Shown here: positions 11,101 through 22,755 of the stretch, one piece after another
Layout of the letters: each line of letters opens with the position of its first letter
How positions within the stretch are numbered: the first letter of the stretch is position 1
DNA from: an uncultured bacterium
GTDB lineage: Bacteria > Verrucomicrobiota > Verrucomicrobiia > Limisphaerales > UBA8199
DNA length: 64,000 nucleotides
Direction: 5' to 3'
NCBI GenBank assembly: GCA_963749495.1
Contig: CAVVMW010000006.1
Coordinates: 960,001 to 1,024,000 of the forward strand
Notes under the pieces: model-generated
The model's input: the letters and a program-made list of their open reading frames with translations, nothing else
Databases searched by the model: none
Told to the model about the DNA's origin: nothing
Translations under genes and position numbers: made by a program

Positions 11101-11763
11101 TCAGGCCGCCGCCGGAGAAACTCCCCCCGGCCGCGGCTCCAAATTCGTTATTTCGCGCACGTCGGCGGCCGCCCGGCTCAACGCGTCCCTGACTCTTGCC
11201 GGGAGGCCCGGCAGGTCGCCGTCTTTGTGCCAAGCCAGGGCCTTCACGGAAATGATCGGAGAGAATTGCTCGCCGTAAATCGCCCGCGCCGCGCCGAGCA
11301 TCTCCGCTGCCCGAACACCGTGCATGAGGAGCGCATAAATGTCGAGGTAGTCCTTGGCTTCCGAACGGCTCTGAATCACGGCCATTTTGCAGCCCGCAAT
11401 GTCCCGCAGCGAGGCCACACGCACAACCCCATCCTCGGTCATGTCCGGCTCGTCCACGCGGCGCAGCGACACGCCGAAGAAGGACAATTTCACAGGGGCG
11501 GGCCGGTGCACGACAACCGTGAGCGTGTTGGGCGCCATCTGCCGGACCACCGCGCCTTTGAGCAGCGGCAGTGCGTTCAGGAGTTGGTCCGGGACGACCG
11601 GCGCATCGGCGAAAAAATCGAAATCCTCGGATTGCCGGTGGCCCAGCCGCAATGCCAGCGCCGTGCCGCCGTACAACACAAACCGCGGCGGCACCTGCTG
11701 CAGTTCCGGCCACAGCGCGCGTTGGGCCTCGGGCAAGGCCGGCAGTGTCGGCGCTAGACTCAT
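11101..11763 (-). CDS. AbiEii/AbiGii-family nucleotidyltransferase toxin
   Basis: [22 protein letters not shown] and K..R...KDYLD motifs. Confidence 0.85.
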   Translation of the reverse strand: MSLAPTLPALPEAQRALWPELQQVPPRFVLYGGTALALRLGHRQSEDFDFFADAPVVPDQLLNALPLLKGAVVRQMAPNTLTVVVHRPAPVKLSFFGVSLRRVDEPDMTEDGVVRVASLRDIAGCKMAVIQSRSEAKDYLDIYALLMHGVRAAEMLGAARAIYGEQFSPIISVKALAWHKDGDLPGLPARVRDALSRAAADVREITNLEPRPGGVSPAAA

Positions 11764-11770
11764 GTTCTGT

Positions 11771-12046
11771 TTATGTCAAAGAACGGCGGGGCGCCTCGGC
11801 CTCCGGGAGGCCAAAAAAGGCCCGCCAATAGCCCCACGACCGCCCGTCAAAGACGCCTGCCTGGGCATTGAGCAAAGCATCTTTGAAGGCGTCCCAGCCA
11901 TAGACATCCTTGGCCAATTGCACCTCTTCCCAGGTGCCCAGCGTCATTACCTGCGCTAAAAAACGGCGCGGATTGGCCAGCGAAACCTCCGGCGCCTGCC
12001 ACCAGAAGAGTTCCTTGGCCACACGTTTCAATTCCTCGCTCGCCAT
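11771..12046 (-). CDS. Putative cognate antitoxin of the AbiEii-like toxin
   Basis: 91 aa, LFWW...AQVMTLGTWEEV, immediately upstream of the toxin. Confidence 0.65.
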   Translation of the reverse strand: MASEELKRVAKELFWWQAPEVSLANPRRFLAQVMTLGTWEEVQLAKDVYGWDAFKDALLNAQAGVFDGRSWGYWRAFFGLPEAEAPRRSLT

Positions 12047-12066
12047 GCGGAAGGTCCTCTGGTGCC

Positions 12067-14010
12067 TCAGCTCTTTTTCTCATCCACCACTTCGGCATCG
12101 ATGATCGGCCCCTCATCCTTGTTGGCGTCGGCCGTGGATTCACCGCCGCCGGGCTGGGCCTGGCCCGGGCCCTGGCTGCGGGCGGCGCGGGCCTTTTCGC
12201 CGGCGGCCTTGTACATCTCGGCGGAGACGGCCTGCCAGGCCTCGTTGAGCTTCTCGCTGGCGGAGCGGATGGCCGAGGCGTCGCCGCCCTTGAGGGCCTC
12301 TTTGACCTCGCTGATAGCGGCCTCCATCCGGCTCTTTTCAGCGCCGGAGATCTTGTCCCCGCTGTCCTTGAGGAACTTCTCGGAGCGATAGACGGCGTTG
12401 TCGGCCTCGTTGCGGGTCTCGATTTCCTCGCGCCGTTTGCGGTCATCCTCGGCGTGGGCCTCGGCGTCCTTGCGCATCTTCTCGATCTCGTCCTTGGCCA
12501 GGCCGCTGCTGGCGGTGATGGTGATCTTCTGCTCCTTGCCGGTGCCCAGGTCTTTGGCGCTGACGTGCAGGATGCCATTGGCGTCGATGTCGAAGGTGAC
12601 CTCGATCTGGGGCACGCCGCGCGGGGCGGGCGGGATATTGGTCAAATGGAACTTGCCGATGGTCTTGTTGTCCCGGGCCAACTGGCGCTCGCCTTGGAGG
12701 ACGTGGATCTCGACGCCGGGCTGGTTGTCGGAGGCGGTCGAGAAGATTTCGGATTTCCGGGTCGGGATCGTGGTGTTCCGCTCGATGAGCTTTGTGAAGA
12801 CCCCGCCCAGGGTCTCGATGCCCAGGGAGAGGGGTGTCACGTCCAGGAGCAGCACGTCCTTGACTTCGCCTTTGAGGACGCCGGCCTGGATGGCGGCGCC
12901 GACCGCGACGACCTCGTCCGGGTTGACCCCCTGGTGCGGGGGTTTGTTGACCAGGGTGCGGGCGGTGTCCACCACCTTGGGCATGCGGGTCATGCCGCCG
13001 ACCAGGACCAGCTCATCGATCTTGTCCGCAGTCGTGCCGGCATCGCGCAGACAATTGCGCACGGGCGTGATGGTCCGCTCGAAGAGGTCGTCGCACAATT
13101 GCTCCATTTTCGAGCGTGTCAGCTTCATGCTGATGTGCTTGGGCCCGCTGGCGTCCGCCGTGATAAAGGGGAGGTTGATCTCATAGACCTGGGAGCTGGA
13201 CAAGGCGATCTTGGCCTTCTCGGCCTCTTCCTTGATGCGTTGGAGGGCATCGGGTTGCTTGCGCAGGTCCATGCCGTTCTGGTGTCTGAACTCGTCGAGA
13301 ATCCAGTCCATGATCCGGCCGTCCCAGTCGTCGCCGCCCAGGTGCGTATCGCCGTTGGTGGCCTTGACTTCGAACACCCCGTCCCCAATCTCCAGCACCG
13401 AGATGTCGAACGTGCCGCCGCCCAGGTCGTACACTGCAATCTGCTCGTCCTTCTTCTTGTCCAGTCCGTAGGCGAGCGAGGCGGCTGTCGGCTCGTTGAT
13501 AATGCGCAGCACTTCCAGGCCCGCGATGCGTCCCGCGTCCTTGGTGGCTTGGCGTTGCGAGTCGTTGAAATAGGCCGGCACGGTGATGACCGCCTGGCTG
13601 ATCTTCTCGCCCAGGCGCATCTCGGCGTCTGCCTTGAGCTTGGCCAGGATCATCGCCGAAATCTCCGGGGGGCTGAACTGCTTGGGTTTGCCCTCCACCT
13701 CCACTTCCACGCAGGCATCCCCGTTGGACCCGGAAACCACCTTGTAGGGCACCCGCTTGCGTTCCTCCTCCACTTCGGAGTACTTCCGCCCCATGAAACG
13801 CTTGATTGAATAGACCGTATTCCTGGAGTTGGTGACCGCCTGGCGTTTTGCCGCGTCGCCGACCACGCGCTCGCCACTCTTGGTGAAAGCCACAACCGAC
13901 GGGGTCACCCGCCGGCCTTCGGAGTTTTCCAGCACTACCGGCTCGCCGCCCTCCATGACTGCCATGCAGGAGTTCGTTGTGCCTAAATCAATGCCAATTA
14001 CTTTTGCCAT
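12067..14010 (-). CDS. dnaK: Chaperone DnaK
   Basis: [26 protein letters not shown]. Confidence 0.98.
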   Translation of the reverse strand: MAKVIGIDLGTTNSCMAVMEGGEPVVLENSEGRRVTPSVVAFTKSGERVVGDAAKRQAVTNSRNTVYSIKRFMGRKYSEVEEERKRVPYKVVSGSNGDACVEVEVEGKPKQFSPPEISAMILAKLKADAEMRLGEKISQAVITVPAYFNDSQRQATKDAGRIAGLEVLRIINEPTAASLAYGLDKKKDEQIAVYDLGGGTFDISVLEIGDGVFEVKATNGDTHLGGDDWDGRIMDWILDEFRHQNGMDLRKQPDALQRIKEEAEKAKIALSSSQVYEINLPFITADASGPKHISMKLTRSKMEQLCDDLFERTITPVRNCLRDAGTTADKIDELVLVGGMTRMPKVVDTARTLVNKPPHQGVNPDEVVAVGAAIQAGVLKGEVKDVLLLDVTPLSLGIETLGGVFTKLIERNTTIPTRKSEIFSTASDNQPGVEIHVLQGERQLARDNKTIGKFHLTNIPPAPRGVPQIEVTFDIDANGILHVSAKDLGTGKEQKITITASSGLAKDEIEKMRKDAEAHAEDDRKRREEIETRNEADNAVYRSEKFLKDSGDKISGAEKSRMEAAISEVKEALKGGDASAIRSASEKLNEAWQAVSAEMYKAAGEKARAARSQGPGQAQPGGGESTADANKDEGPIIDAEVVDEKKS

Positions 14011-14051
14011 AAATGCTCCTGGATATGATCACCCAAATCAGAGTTTCTTTG

Positions 14052-14067
14052 AGCAATGGCGATGCCA
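14052..14067 (-). promoter_or_regulatory. sigma54 -24/-12 promoter of dnaK
   Basis: Minus strand TGGCAT-CGCCA-TTGCT, about 40 bp upstream of the ATG. Confidence 0.65.
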
Positions 14068-14499
14068 TTGTGCAACAGGTGCAGGTGATGATGTGTAAGT
14101 GGCTTATAGCGTGTAACTTATAAGTTTGTTCCCATTCCATTCCACGTCCGGAAAGGTGTGACATATGTGACGTTTTGGCGCAGTTCGCGGACTCATGGCG
14201 AGCCAGACTGGCACAGGCGAATGACGAATGACGAATGACGAATGACGAATGACGCGTGCAGAATGGCGCCCGTTCTGAGCGCTTTGTTATTGGGTGCCAT
14301 AGCGGTAAGGCAGATGCCGTTCTCAAAGGGGCTGCCTCCCGATGAACCACCAGAATTGTCCGGTGTGGTTCGTTGACATGGAACCGCGTCCCACGGCCGG
14401 TTATGGCATTTGTTTAGGTGGATTCGAGAAAATGCGTTTGGGCGAAGATTTTTGAAAGATCCGGGGATCCGCTTACGTACTGTACTGCAAGGACACTGA

Positions 14500-15504
14500 T
14501 TGTCCAGGAAGGGAATCACCGGTGGTTTCAGAATGTTGGCATCGGGTTCAAACGACAAGAACGATCGCTTGCTGCCTTGCGGGACTGGCGGCCGGGGTTC
14601 CGCAGAGGGCGGTGGTGAGGAGGTGTGCAACTCCAAGGTGTGCCGCGAGTTGGTCAACCGGAAGGTGAACCCCTGGACTCTGGCGCTCTTCCGGCACCTC
14701 ACGGGAATCCCCTTGCACGTGACCTGGCACGTTCCGGGGGACTTTGATGCCCCGTCAAGGCCGCCCGCGTTGTGTCCAACCGCACGCCGCAGGCATGCCA
14801 AGCACGGCCGCACGCAGAGCCGCTGCACGGAATGCCTGCGGCGGAACTGGCGACTCAGATCGCTGGACGGAACGCCGAGGCGGTTTCGGGGCCGGTGCGG
14901 CGCCAGTTGCTGCTGCGCCGGCGTTGCTGCCGGTGAAATGCTCGCGGTTACGCTGGTCTTGCAGGCGCGGGGCGGTGGGCGTCGCTTTGACCGGGCGTGC
15001 GCGCTATTGCGGCTATGGCTGCGCGATCTGCAAAGCGCTATGGATGCAGAGAGACTGCGCCGCCAACTGAGGCACACGGAGCGGCGACTGCGCAACCAGG
15101 CGGCAGAGACGAGTCGGCTGCGCTGTGAACTGCACCGCCGGGCGCCTGCGCTCGAAGGAGCGCAAGCAGAGGCCCCGTCCGCCACGCACAGCGCGCAGAT
15201 CGTGCGGGCGATGCTGGGGTACATTCACCAGCACGATCGGCATCCCATGAGCCTCGGCAACGCCGCGGCAGCCCTGAATATGAATGCCGCTTACCTCTGC
15301 GCGCTCTTTTCCTCGGCGAGTGGCCTCACAGTCCACACTTACCTCGACGAGCTGCGGTTGGCTGAGGCGAAGCGCTTGCTCCGAGACCCCAGGGGCCGCG
15401 TCTGCGAGGTTGCCGCCAGCGTGGGCTACAGCAGCGAGGGCTCTTTCTGGCGGGCCTTCAAGGCCCACACCGGTCTCTCGCCGCGCGAGTGGCGGGAGTC
15501 CTGA
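14500..15504 (+). CDS. AraC-family transcriptional regulator with Cys-rich N-terminal sensor (start uncertain)
   Basis: C-terminal double HTH: LNMNAAYL..F....G..RL..AKRLL..EVAASVGYSSEGSFWRAFKAHTGLSPREWR. Confidence 0.8.
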   Translation: MSRKGITGGFRMLASGSNDKNDRLLPCGTGGRGSAEGGGEEVCNSKVCRELVNRKVNPWTLALFRHLTGIPLHVTWHVPGDFDAPSRPPALCPTARRRHAKHGRTQSRCTECLRRNWRLRSLDGTPRRFRGRCGASCCCAGVAAGEMLAVTLVLQARGGGRRFDRACALLRLWLRDLQSAMDAERLRRQLRHTERRLRNQAAETSRLRCELHRRAPALEGAQAEAPSATHSAQIVRAMLGYIHQHDRHPMSLGNAAAALNMNAAYLCALFSSASGLTVHTYLDELRLAEAKRLLRDPRGRVCEVAASVGYSSEGSFWRAFKAHTGLSPREWRES

Positions 15505-15822
15505 CCGGCTCGGCTGTTCGGCGCGGAGCGCCGCTTCTGGGGCGGTGGGCGAAACCTGTCCTTGCTCTACCGACGCAGAAATCCATCTCCGATCCCGGGT
15601 CCAGCCCTGCCGTTCCAAAGAAGTGTGAGATATTCCAAAGTCTTGCCTATTGCGCAATGGCGCGGCTCATGGTGAGGTCAATCTGCAGGTTGTGCCTTCG
15701 CTCGGGGCACCGTGCAGTGCGGCAGGCGGAGCACGGTCTTTAGGCCCACGCCGAGGGGCAGCGGGTCAGGCCACGGGAGCCGGGGCACGGCAATCTCAGT
15801 CGGAGAAAGGCAGCAACGGTTT

Positions 15823-18800
15823 ATGAGAAGCACATTCCGTTTAGCGGTGTTCAGTGGCGTGCTCGTCAGCAGCGCGCTCTTAGTTTCCCGGTCGCTTGCC
15901 CAGCAGGGATCCGGCGGCGCGAACGCCATTGCCTGGTCGCACAGTGCCATCGGGCGCGTGGCGCAGCCAGGCTCGTTCAGTCAAACGGGGACTGCGCTGG
16001 CTATTGCCGGGAGTGGTGCGGACATTTGGGGTTCGGCCGACGCGTGCCAATATGCGAGTGTCCCTTGGGAGGGGGACCTGGAAATTGTCGCAACGGTGCT
16101 GAGCCTCGACAAGCCGGACCCCTGGGCCAAGGCCGGACTGATGCTGCGCAACACCCTCGACGACGTCTCTCCGCAGGTGATGCTGGCGATAACGCCGGAA
16201 AAAGGCGTCACGCTCATTCGACGAAGCAGCATCGGTGGCCCCAGCGAGGACGACGCGTACCAGTCGATGCGCTTGGTGGGTGTCGGGGGTACACAGACCT
16301 ACCAACAGCGCGGGTCGGGGGGTGTTGACGCGGCCACGGGCTCAATTGCCGGGGCGGCTTTCCCGCATTGGCTGAAGCTCATCAAGCAGGGAGCAGTCGT
16401 GAGAGCCTACCATTCCGCTGATGGCCAGCAATGGGTTTGGCTGGGCACCCTCCAACACGACTTCGGCAAGCAGTTCTACGTCGGCTTGGCTGTCACCAGC
16501 CACGATGACACCCAAATCTGCCGGGCGCGGCTCTCGGGCATCCAGTTCTCGACCCCCTCGGGGTCCCCGGCGGCGGCGGCCGTCCAGGGCGCCGGCGATG
16601 GGCTGGTGGGCAGCTGTTTCTCGACCCGAGACCAGAGCGGCGCCCCCACCTGCTGAGTCGATCCGGTTGTTCTCTTCGATTGGGGGCTGGCCGCGCCCAT
16701 GCCCGGTGTCGGCCCGTATTGGTGGAGCGCCCGGTGGGACGGGGAGCTGCAGGCCCAATATAGCGAGCCTTATGCCCTGCAGGTCGTCAGCGACGACCGG
16801 GCAAGGGTTTGGCTGGACGGGACACTGCTCATCGATGAGTGGTATGATCACGCTGCGTCAGTATCCAGCGCCATGGTCAACCTCGAGGCAGGAAAGCATT
16901 ACGCGCTTCGTGTGGACTATTTCCAGAATCGGGGCGGTGCGACGCTGAAACTGCTGTGGAGCAGTCCCTCGACACCCCAGCAGATCATCCCGCAGAGCCA
17001 GCTCTATTCCAAGACCAGCGTCATGTCTCCGCAGGACCTTCAACAGATGTATCAAGCCGAACTGGCGCCGCAACCCGGCGCGGCCAGCAGCGAGGCGTGC
17101 CCGCCGGGTTGGTCGCGCGCCGACGTTGGGCTGGTCGGGGTGGAAGGCCAGGTGCAGGTCTCAAACGGCTCCTGGGCTGTGAGCGGGGCTGGGGCTGACA
17201 TTTGGGCAAACGAGGACGGTTGCTGCTTTGTTTTCCAGCCGCTGAGTGGCGATGGGCAGATCACCGCCCGCGTCCTTAGCCAGCAGGATACCGATCCGTG
17301 GGCCAAGGCCGGGATCATGATTCGTGAAGGGCTTGGGGCGGACGCCCGCCACCTCATGCTGGCTGTGACACCAGAGCAGGGACTCGGCTGCCTGTACCGC
17401 CCGGAGCCGGCTGCTGAGACGACGTTGGACGATGGCGGGGCCTTCTCCGGCCCGCTTTGGCTGCGGCTGGTGCGGAGCTGCAGTCAAATAAGCGCATTCC
17501 AGTCCAGCGACGGCACGAATTGGGTGTGGGTAGCAAGCGAGGAGTTCGATTGGGTCAGCAATGCCCTCGTTGGTCTCGCCGTGAGCAGCCATGACAATTC
17601 CACTCCAGGAACCGCCACGTTCGATCAAGTGGCGGTCGAGCCGGTGGCCTCAGGCCCAGGCGCGCAGCCCGAATTGGGGACCGGAAACGGCCTTAACGCA
17701 ACGTATTTTGACGGCAGTACCGGCGCCATCGTCAGCCGGATCGACCCACAAGTCAATTTCGACTGGGATTTCGGGTCGCCCGCCCAGGGAATTGGACCGG
17801 AGAACTTCAGCGCCGGGTGGAGCGGTTGGATCGAGGCGCAGTACGACGAGATCTACGCGCTGCACATCCTCAGCGACGACGGGGCCAGGCTGTGGCTCGA
17901 TGACCAGCTTCTGATCGATGCGTGGACAGACAGGGCGGCCCAGCAGAGCTCCGCGAGAGTCTCATTGAGTCCAGGCGTGAAGCGCGCCTTGCGCGTCGAG
18001 TACTACCAGCGCTCGCGCGAGGCGATTGCCAAGCTGCTCTGGAGCAGCCCCTCGACCCCGAAGCAACCGGTCCCTTCGACGCAACTCTACGCCGACTTGG
18101 CCTTGGCCGCCCCAGGGGGCGCAGGCGGCCAGGGCGGCACGGCGGCTGCGGCTCTCGCCGCCGGGTTGCCTGTGGCGAGCGCCGCAGGGGGATCGGCGCA
18201 GAGTGCCGGCGGCGGTCCGACCAACGGAGCAGTTCCGGCGAACACTTACACCTCGATCGTGAACGTCCTCGAAATCCCTGGTGCTGAGGCCACGGCAACA
18301 CTGGGCCGCTGGAAACAGGAGGGCAAGGGGCTGTACGCCGTGGACCGCCGTGGCTATGTCGAATACGCCCTCATCGCCCCGGCGGCGGACATGTACCGCC
18401 TCGAAATCGAGGGCGCTTCGCATAACCCGGATGACATCGATCCCGGTTTCTGGTTGGCTATTGCGATGGACGGGGAGCTACTGGAGAACCTCTTGCTCGA
18501 CGTTCCCCCGCACCAAACGGCGACAGTCCATACCTTGACCCCGTTCACCAAGCCGGGGCTACATCGGGTCCGCATAGCCTGGGACAATGCCCGCAAGGGC
18601 CGGTCCCTGGAGTTGCTCGCCGTCCGCCTGCAGAGCCTGCAGGGACCCAGCTCCGGCGGGGACGGGCTGAAGGACTGGGTTGTCGCGCAACTCAAGTCGG
18701 CCTGCGGCGTCGAGACAGCAGAGATTTCCCCCGGAAGGCTGCAGGGCGCCACCTCTCCGATGTGCGTCGAGGGCCGGGGGCGCTTCCTGAGCATGATGGA

Positions 18801-19719
18801 GATCCGCACGGGCACGGGTCTGGCCGCGGCCCAGCCCGGGGCCGGGGATCGCTGGTTTGCCGACGTGCCACTCCTGGCGGACAAGCTGGCCTCGATCAAG
18901 ATCGCCTACCAGAACGGCGGCCTCCAGGAGCGCTGGCAGGCCGAATGGATTGCGACAGACGTGCTGGCCGGCGGCAACATTACAATTCGCCGGGGCGATT
19001 CGTTGTTGCTCGCCCTGGGGGCCGACCGGCAGCCTGGCCGCATGGAGGTGCACGGGGTGACCAATTACACCCTCGCTGGCGGGCAAGCGGCTTGCCACCA
19101 CTTTGAAAAGGCCGGCACCTTCACGATTGCGGTCGCCTCCGGGAGCAGCAAGCTGGCCGCCAGCCGCCCCGGGTTGACGGTGCGCGTGGTCCACGCGGGC
19201 CTGGGCGGCCCGGTCGCGGCCTGGGTTGGAAAACCGAGGACTTGGGCTTGTCCGAGCCTGCCCCAGGGCGTCGTTTTGGACGCGGCCCCGCTGCTCAACC
19301 TTCAGGCGAGCAGGCCGGGCGGCTACCAGATCTGCGCGCTCACCAGCGGCGTGCAGTGCGTGCTGGCGCGGCTGGGGACAAATGGGCCGGTGCTGGCCCA
19401 ACTCCCGGTCCAGGGATTCCAGATCTATTCAGCCGATCAGACCGATTTCGAGGTGACGAAAACCTACGCCGACGGAACGGATCTCATCGAGATGGGTCTC
19501 GTGGCGAGCCCGGCTCTCCCGGAAGTCCAGGTGCAGGTGGCCCTTGTCGTGGGCGGTGTGGTTTTCGACGACGGCACGGTCGTCAAGCGATTGGCGGCGC
19601 GCGACTTCGATGCCCTGGGCCAGTACACTGTCCGCTTCCTGCGGCCCGGGACCTCGAAGACGTCAACCTGCCACACGCTCAAGGGCTTCCAGGGCACGAT
19701 CTTCCTTGGCCAGCGTTAG
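15823..19719 (+). CDS. Large secreted protein with two lectin-like (DUF1349-type) plus PA14 domain pairs; in-frame TGA at 16654-16656
   Basis: Signal peptide; G.GADIW..WAKAG.M.R and SDD.ARLW.D..LLID.W..YYQ..KLLWSSPSTP each occur twice; ORFs 15712 and 16699 share a frame. Confidence 0.75.
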
Positions 19720-19750
19720 CCAGGGGGGCAACCGGCAACCCCTCGCTGTT

Positions 19751-20719
19751 ATGAAAGCGAAATTGTTCATGGGCCTGGCTCTGGGCGCTGTGGCACTGGC
19801 GGCCCTCGCACTGTGGGCGTTGCGCCGCCCCGCCAGCACGGACCCTTCGCCGGGGAATGCTTCCCGCTCCGCCCGCCTTGTAGCGCAGAGCAGCCGCGTG
19901 GTCCCGGCGCGAGCAGGAGCAGCCGTCCCCGCAGCGAGCATATTCTCGGCCAGGGAGTTGCGCGACGACAACATCTACCGGCAGGTTGACGGCTTGAGGC
20001 GGCGCGGCAAATCGCTGACCGCCGGCGAATGCAAGGGGCTTTACCAATTTCTGAAGGAGCCATTCCTCAATATCCCTCCCCACCGCCTTGCGGGCATCGA
20101 GAATGAAGTCCTGCACATCCTGCGGGGCCAGGCCAACCTGGCCGCCCCCTGGGACCGCATGCTCGCGGACCTTGTGGCGGACAAGAGCGTTCCCCACGTT
20201 GTCCGGGACTACGGGCTCCAGCACCTCTTCAATGTGTACGAACAACTCCGTCGCGAGCAACCCGGCGCGGCGGGGGCCGACGATTTCGACCGGATGGAGA
20301 GGGTTTTTTGGAGCGCCACCAGCGAGACCGAGTCGGAGATGGCCGGGACTGCTCTCCTTGGCCTCTCTTCCCTTCTGAGCGACGGGATGACGTCGAACTA
20401 CACGGCCTCCGACGTCGCCTCCGCGGCCCTGGGCGTGCTGGGCGCCGGGGAGGCCACCCAACTTAGCCGGCTTACCGGCCTGCAGGTCTGCGCCCGGCTC
20501 GGGGTCCGGGAGGCCCTGCCGGCCGCTACCCAGCTCGCTTCCGCCCCAAGGCCGATCCCGGTCCGCTGCTCGGCCATCGCTGCCGTGGGCGAACTGGGAG
20601 GAGAGCCCGAACTCGCCTTGTTGAACGGCCTGGCCGGCGAGTCCGACCCCGCCATCGCGGTTGCCGTGAACCAGGCTGTCCACCACTTAACCACCCGAAT
20701 TCGAAGCTCGCATTTATGA
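19751..20719 (+). CDS. Membrane-anchored HEAT-repeat-like helical protein
   Basis: N-terminal TM helix; VRDYGLQHL and VRCSAIAAVGELGG helical repeats. Confidence 0.65.
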   Translation: MKAKLFMGLALGAVALAALALWALRRPASTDPSPGNASRSARLVAQSSRVVPARAGAAVPAASIFSARELRDDNIYRQVDGLRRRGKSLTAGECKGLYQFLKEPFLNIPPHRLAGIENEVLHILRGQANLAAPWDRMLADLVADKSVPHVVRDYGLQHLFNVYEQLRREQPGAAGADDFDRMERVFWSATSETESEMAGTALLGLSSLLSDGMTSNYTASDVASAALGVLGAGEATQLSRLTGLQVCARLGVREALPAATQLASAPRPIPVRCSAIAAVGELGGEPELALLNGLAGESDPAIAVAVNQAVHHLTTRIRSSHL

Positions 20720-22003
20720 GGAACTACAAGTATCTTTGGGCCATTATGTCTGCCGGATCAGTATGGCTATCATCGTCCGCCTTGGCGCAGCAAAACCGAT
20801 GCACGCCGGCATGGACATGGGAGTGGGATCCGGCACCGTCAGCCTCGCAGATGACCATTGTGTCGGCCACGCCAGCACCGCCGTACTACACCAACCAACC
20901 GATCACGATCACCGCCTCTGGCCCGAACTGGACCCCGGCAAGTCAGGACGAGTACGACGCTAACGAGTGCGTGCAATACCACACGAACCAAACGCCGGTT
21001 GGCTCTTCCATCACTAACTGGTGGGCGTTTCGCTACTCCAACGTGCCAATCGAGCCCCATTTCGGGTTCGGGCCTGTCGGCCACTTTTTCTGCCACGGAC
21101 GCATATGCCAACGCCCAATTGAACTTCTATTCCAGCAACTACACCGCCGCCCATGGCCTCCAGTTTAGCGACACGAGGAGCGTCTCGACGTACATCACCG
21201 CGTACAAATTCGTCCATGAGACGGAGGAACTGTGCCCAGACGACCCGGCCACCCGAAGGGACATCGGAGCTGGAGAGGTTGTCAACCTTTCGATCCAGCC
21301 CGGCCCAACGAGCACTACGTGGAAGCTTTCGGGCGACACTAACGTCGGGGAAATCCAAGACACGAGCAGTAGCGAAAACCAGTTCAGCGCGTTCCAAACA
21401 GCAGGCACGGCAATCATCACGGCGACGACGTCCGACCGCGCGGAATTCAGTGTTTCCCTTAAGGTGTGGACGCCCCAGGGGCTGGTGTTCGAGGGCGACA
21501 GCACGAAGGGGCTGCAGGGAAGTGTTCCGGGCATTAACTTCGGGTGGCAATATTACGTCTCCTTTTCAGCGTTCGTTTACGTGTACCCAGATTTCGTCAA
21601 CTTCAATAACCTGATTCTGCAAGAGGGAGGTTGCAACACCGTAACGACAGGCTTTGCCACAAACAAGACTTGGCTGAACCACACTGCCGATGGCCCATGG
21701 TATCCGGCAGGTGTGTGCCCCATACCCGGCGAGGGCACTCTCCTAGCCAACGAGGATGGCATCGCGCAGGACACTCAGTCCCAGCCGTACGTTCCTAATT
21801 GGGGCAGCACCGTGTGGCCGATTCCTTGGTTTTGGACCATCGGGGGCAGTTGGCCGGAGGTGGAATTCCCGGACCTAGTCGATGAGGAGGGGGTTATGAC
21901 AACGACGAGCGGGGTGACGACTTGGACCGTCAGCAAGAACCACCAGGTTACTGCGGCCATCAGCGACACATCAGGCGGGCCCTATTGGGTGCAAATGCAA
22001 TGA
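20716..22003 (+). CDS. Secreted beta-rich hypothetical protein (frameshift near 21050)
   Basis: Signal peptide in ORF 20716 continues into ORF 20858-22003; start and stop overlap both neighbours. Confidence 0.6.
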
Positions 22004-22626
22004 AACATCAAGCACAAATGAAAGCGATCATCGTTCTATCTTTGCTGACTGCGTGCGCCAGCGCAATGTACGGGCAACCGACAAATGACGTTGCCATCTA
22101 TACCACGCTTGGCGACCGGGGATCCGAGCTTAAAAAGCACCTGGACTCCTATGACGCGACCAAGGACTATAGGGAGCTCGAGTGGGTGGCCACCCCTCCC
22201 CCGGTTGCCACCACGACCAACCGGTGGACACTGGACGCGAAATTGTTCCTCGACATTGAACTGCTCAGTCGTAGTCTCGCTGGTATTGACAATACATTCG
22301 ACGAGACGAAGGTCACGATCTACGGGAACTCGGCGAGACCCCCGACCGACGCAGCCGAGCGGCAAAAGTACGACCAGTGGTGGGCGGAGAACCAGAGGCT
22401 CAGGGCGCGAGCCAACAACAACCTAGCGCTGAAGAGAATAGCGAGGAAGAGCCAGCACCAACTGGGCTTCTTCCTAGAAGGGATGGCGCGGCGCGGTGAA
22501 TTCGAGCGCCTTGGGGTGCTAACTAATGCCATCGCCGTCAAGATCAGGGACCCCGAAACGCGAGACCAACTGCTGAGGGGTGTTGAAGCGGCGGCCAAGA
22601 AGCCTTGGCGTGCGGCACCCAAATAG
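22000..22626 (+). CDS. Exported hypothetical protein
   Basis: ATG overlaps the upstream stop; signal peptide MKAIIVLSLLTACASAMYG. Confidence 0.65.
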   Translation: MKHQAQMKAIIVLSLLTACASAMYGQPTNDVAIYTTLGDRGSELKKHLDSYDATKDYRELEWVATPPPVATTTNRWTLDAKLFLDIELLSRSLAGIDNTFDETKVTIYGNSARPPTDAAERQKYDQWWAENQRLRARANNNLALKRIARKSQHQLGFFLEGMARRGEFERLGVLTNAIAVKIRDPETRDQLLRGVEAAAKKPWRAAPK

Positions 22627-22755
22627 GCCGGACTCGAAGGCGTGCGGGTCTCCTCGCTAAGCAAGAGGGGGCTGCGTGATGGCGGCGGCTTCACGGGCCA
22701 ACTCAGAAGGTGTCGTCAGCGGGACCGTGAGGGGAGCCCAGTCCGGATCATCGGT

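Noticed and set aside
14011..14220. CIRCE/HrcA operator before dnaK
   Set aside because: No TTAGCACTC-N9-GAGTGCTAA match was found.
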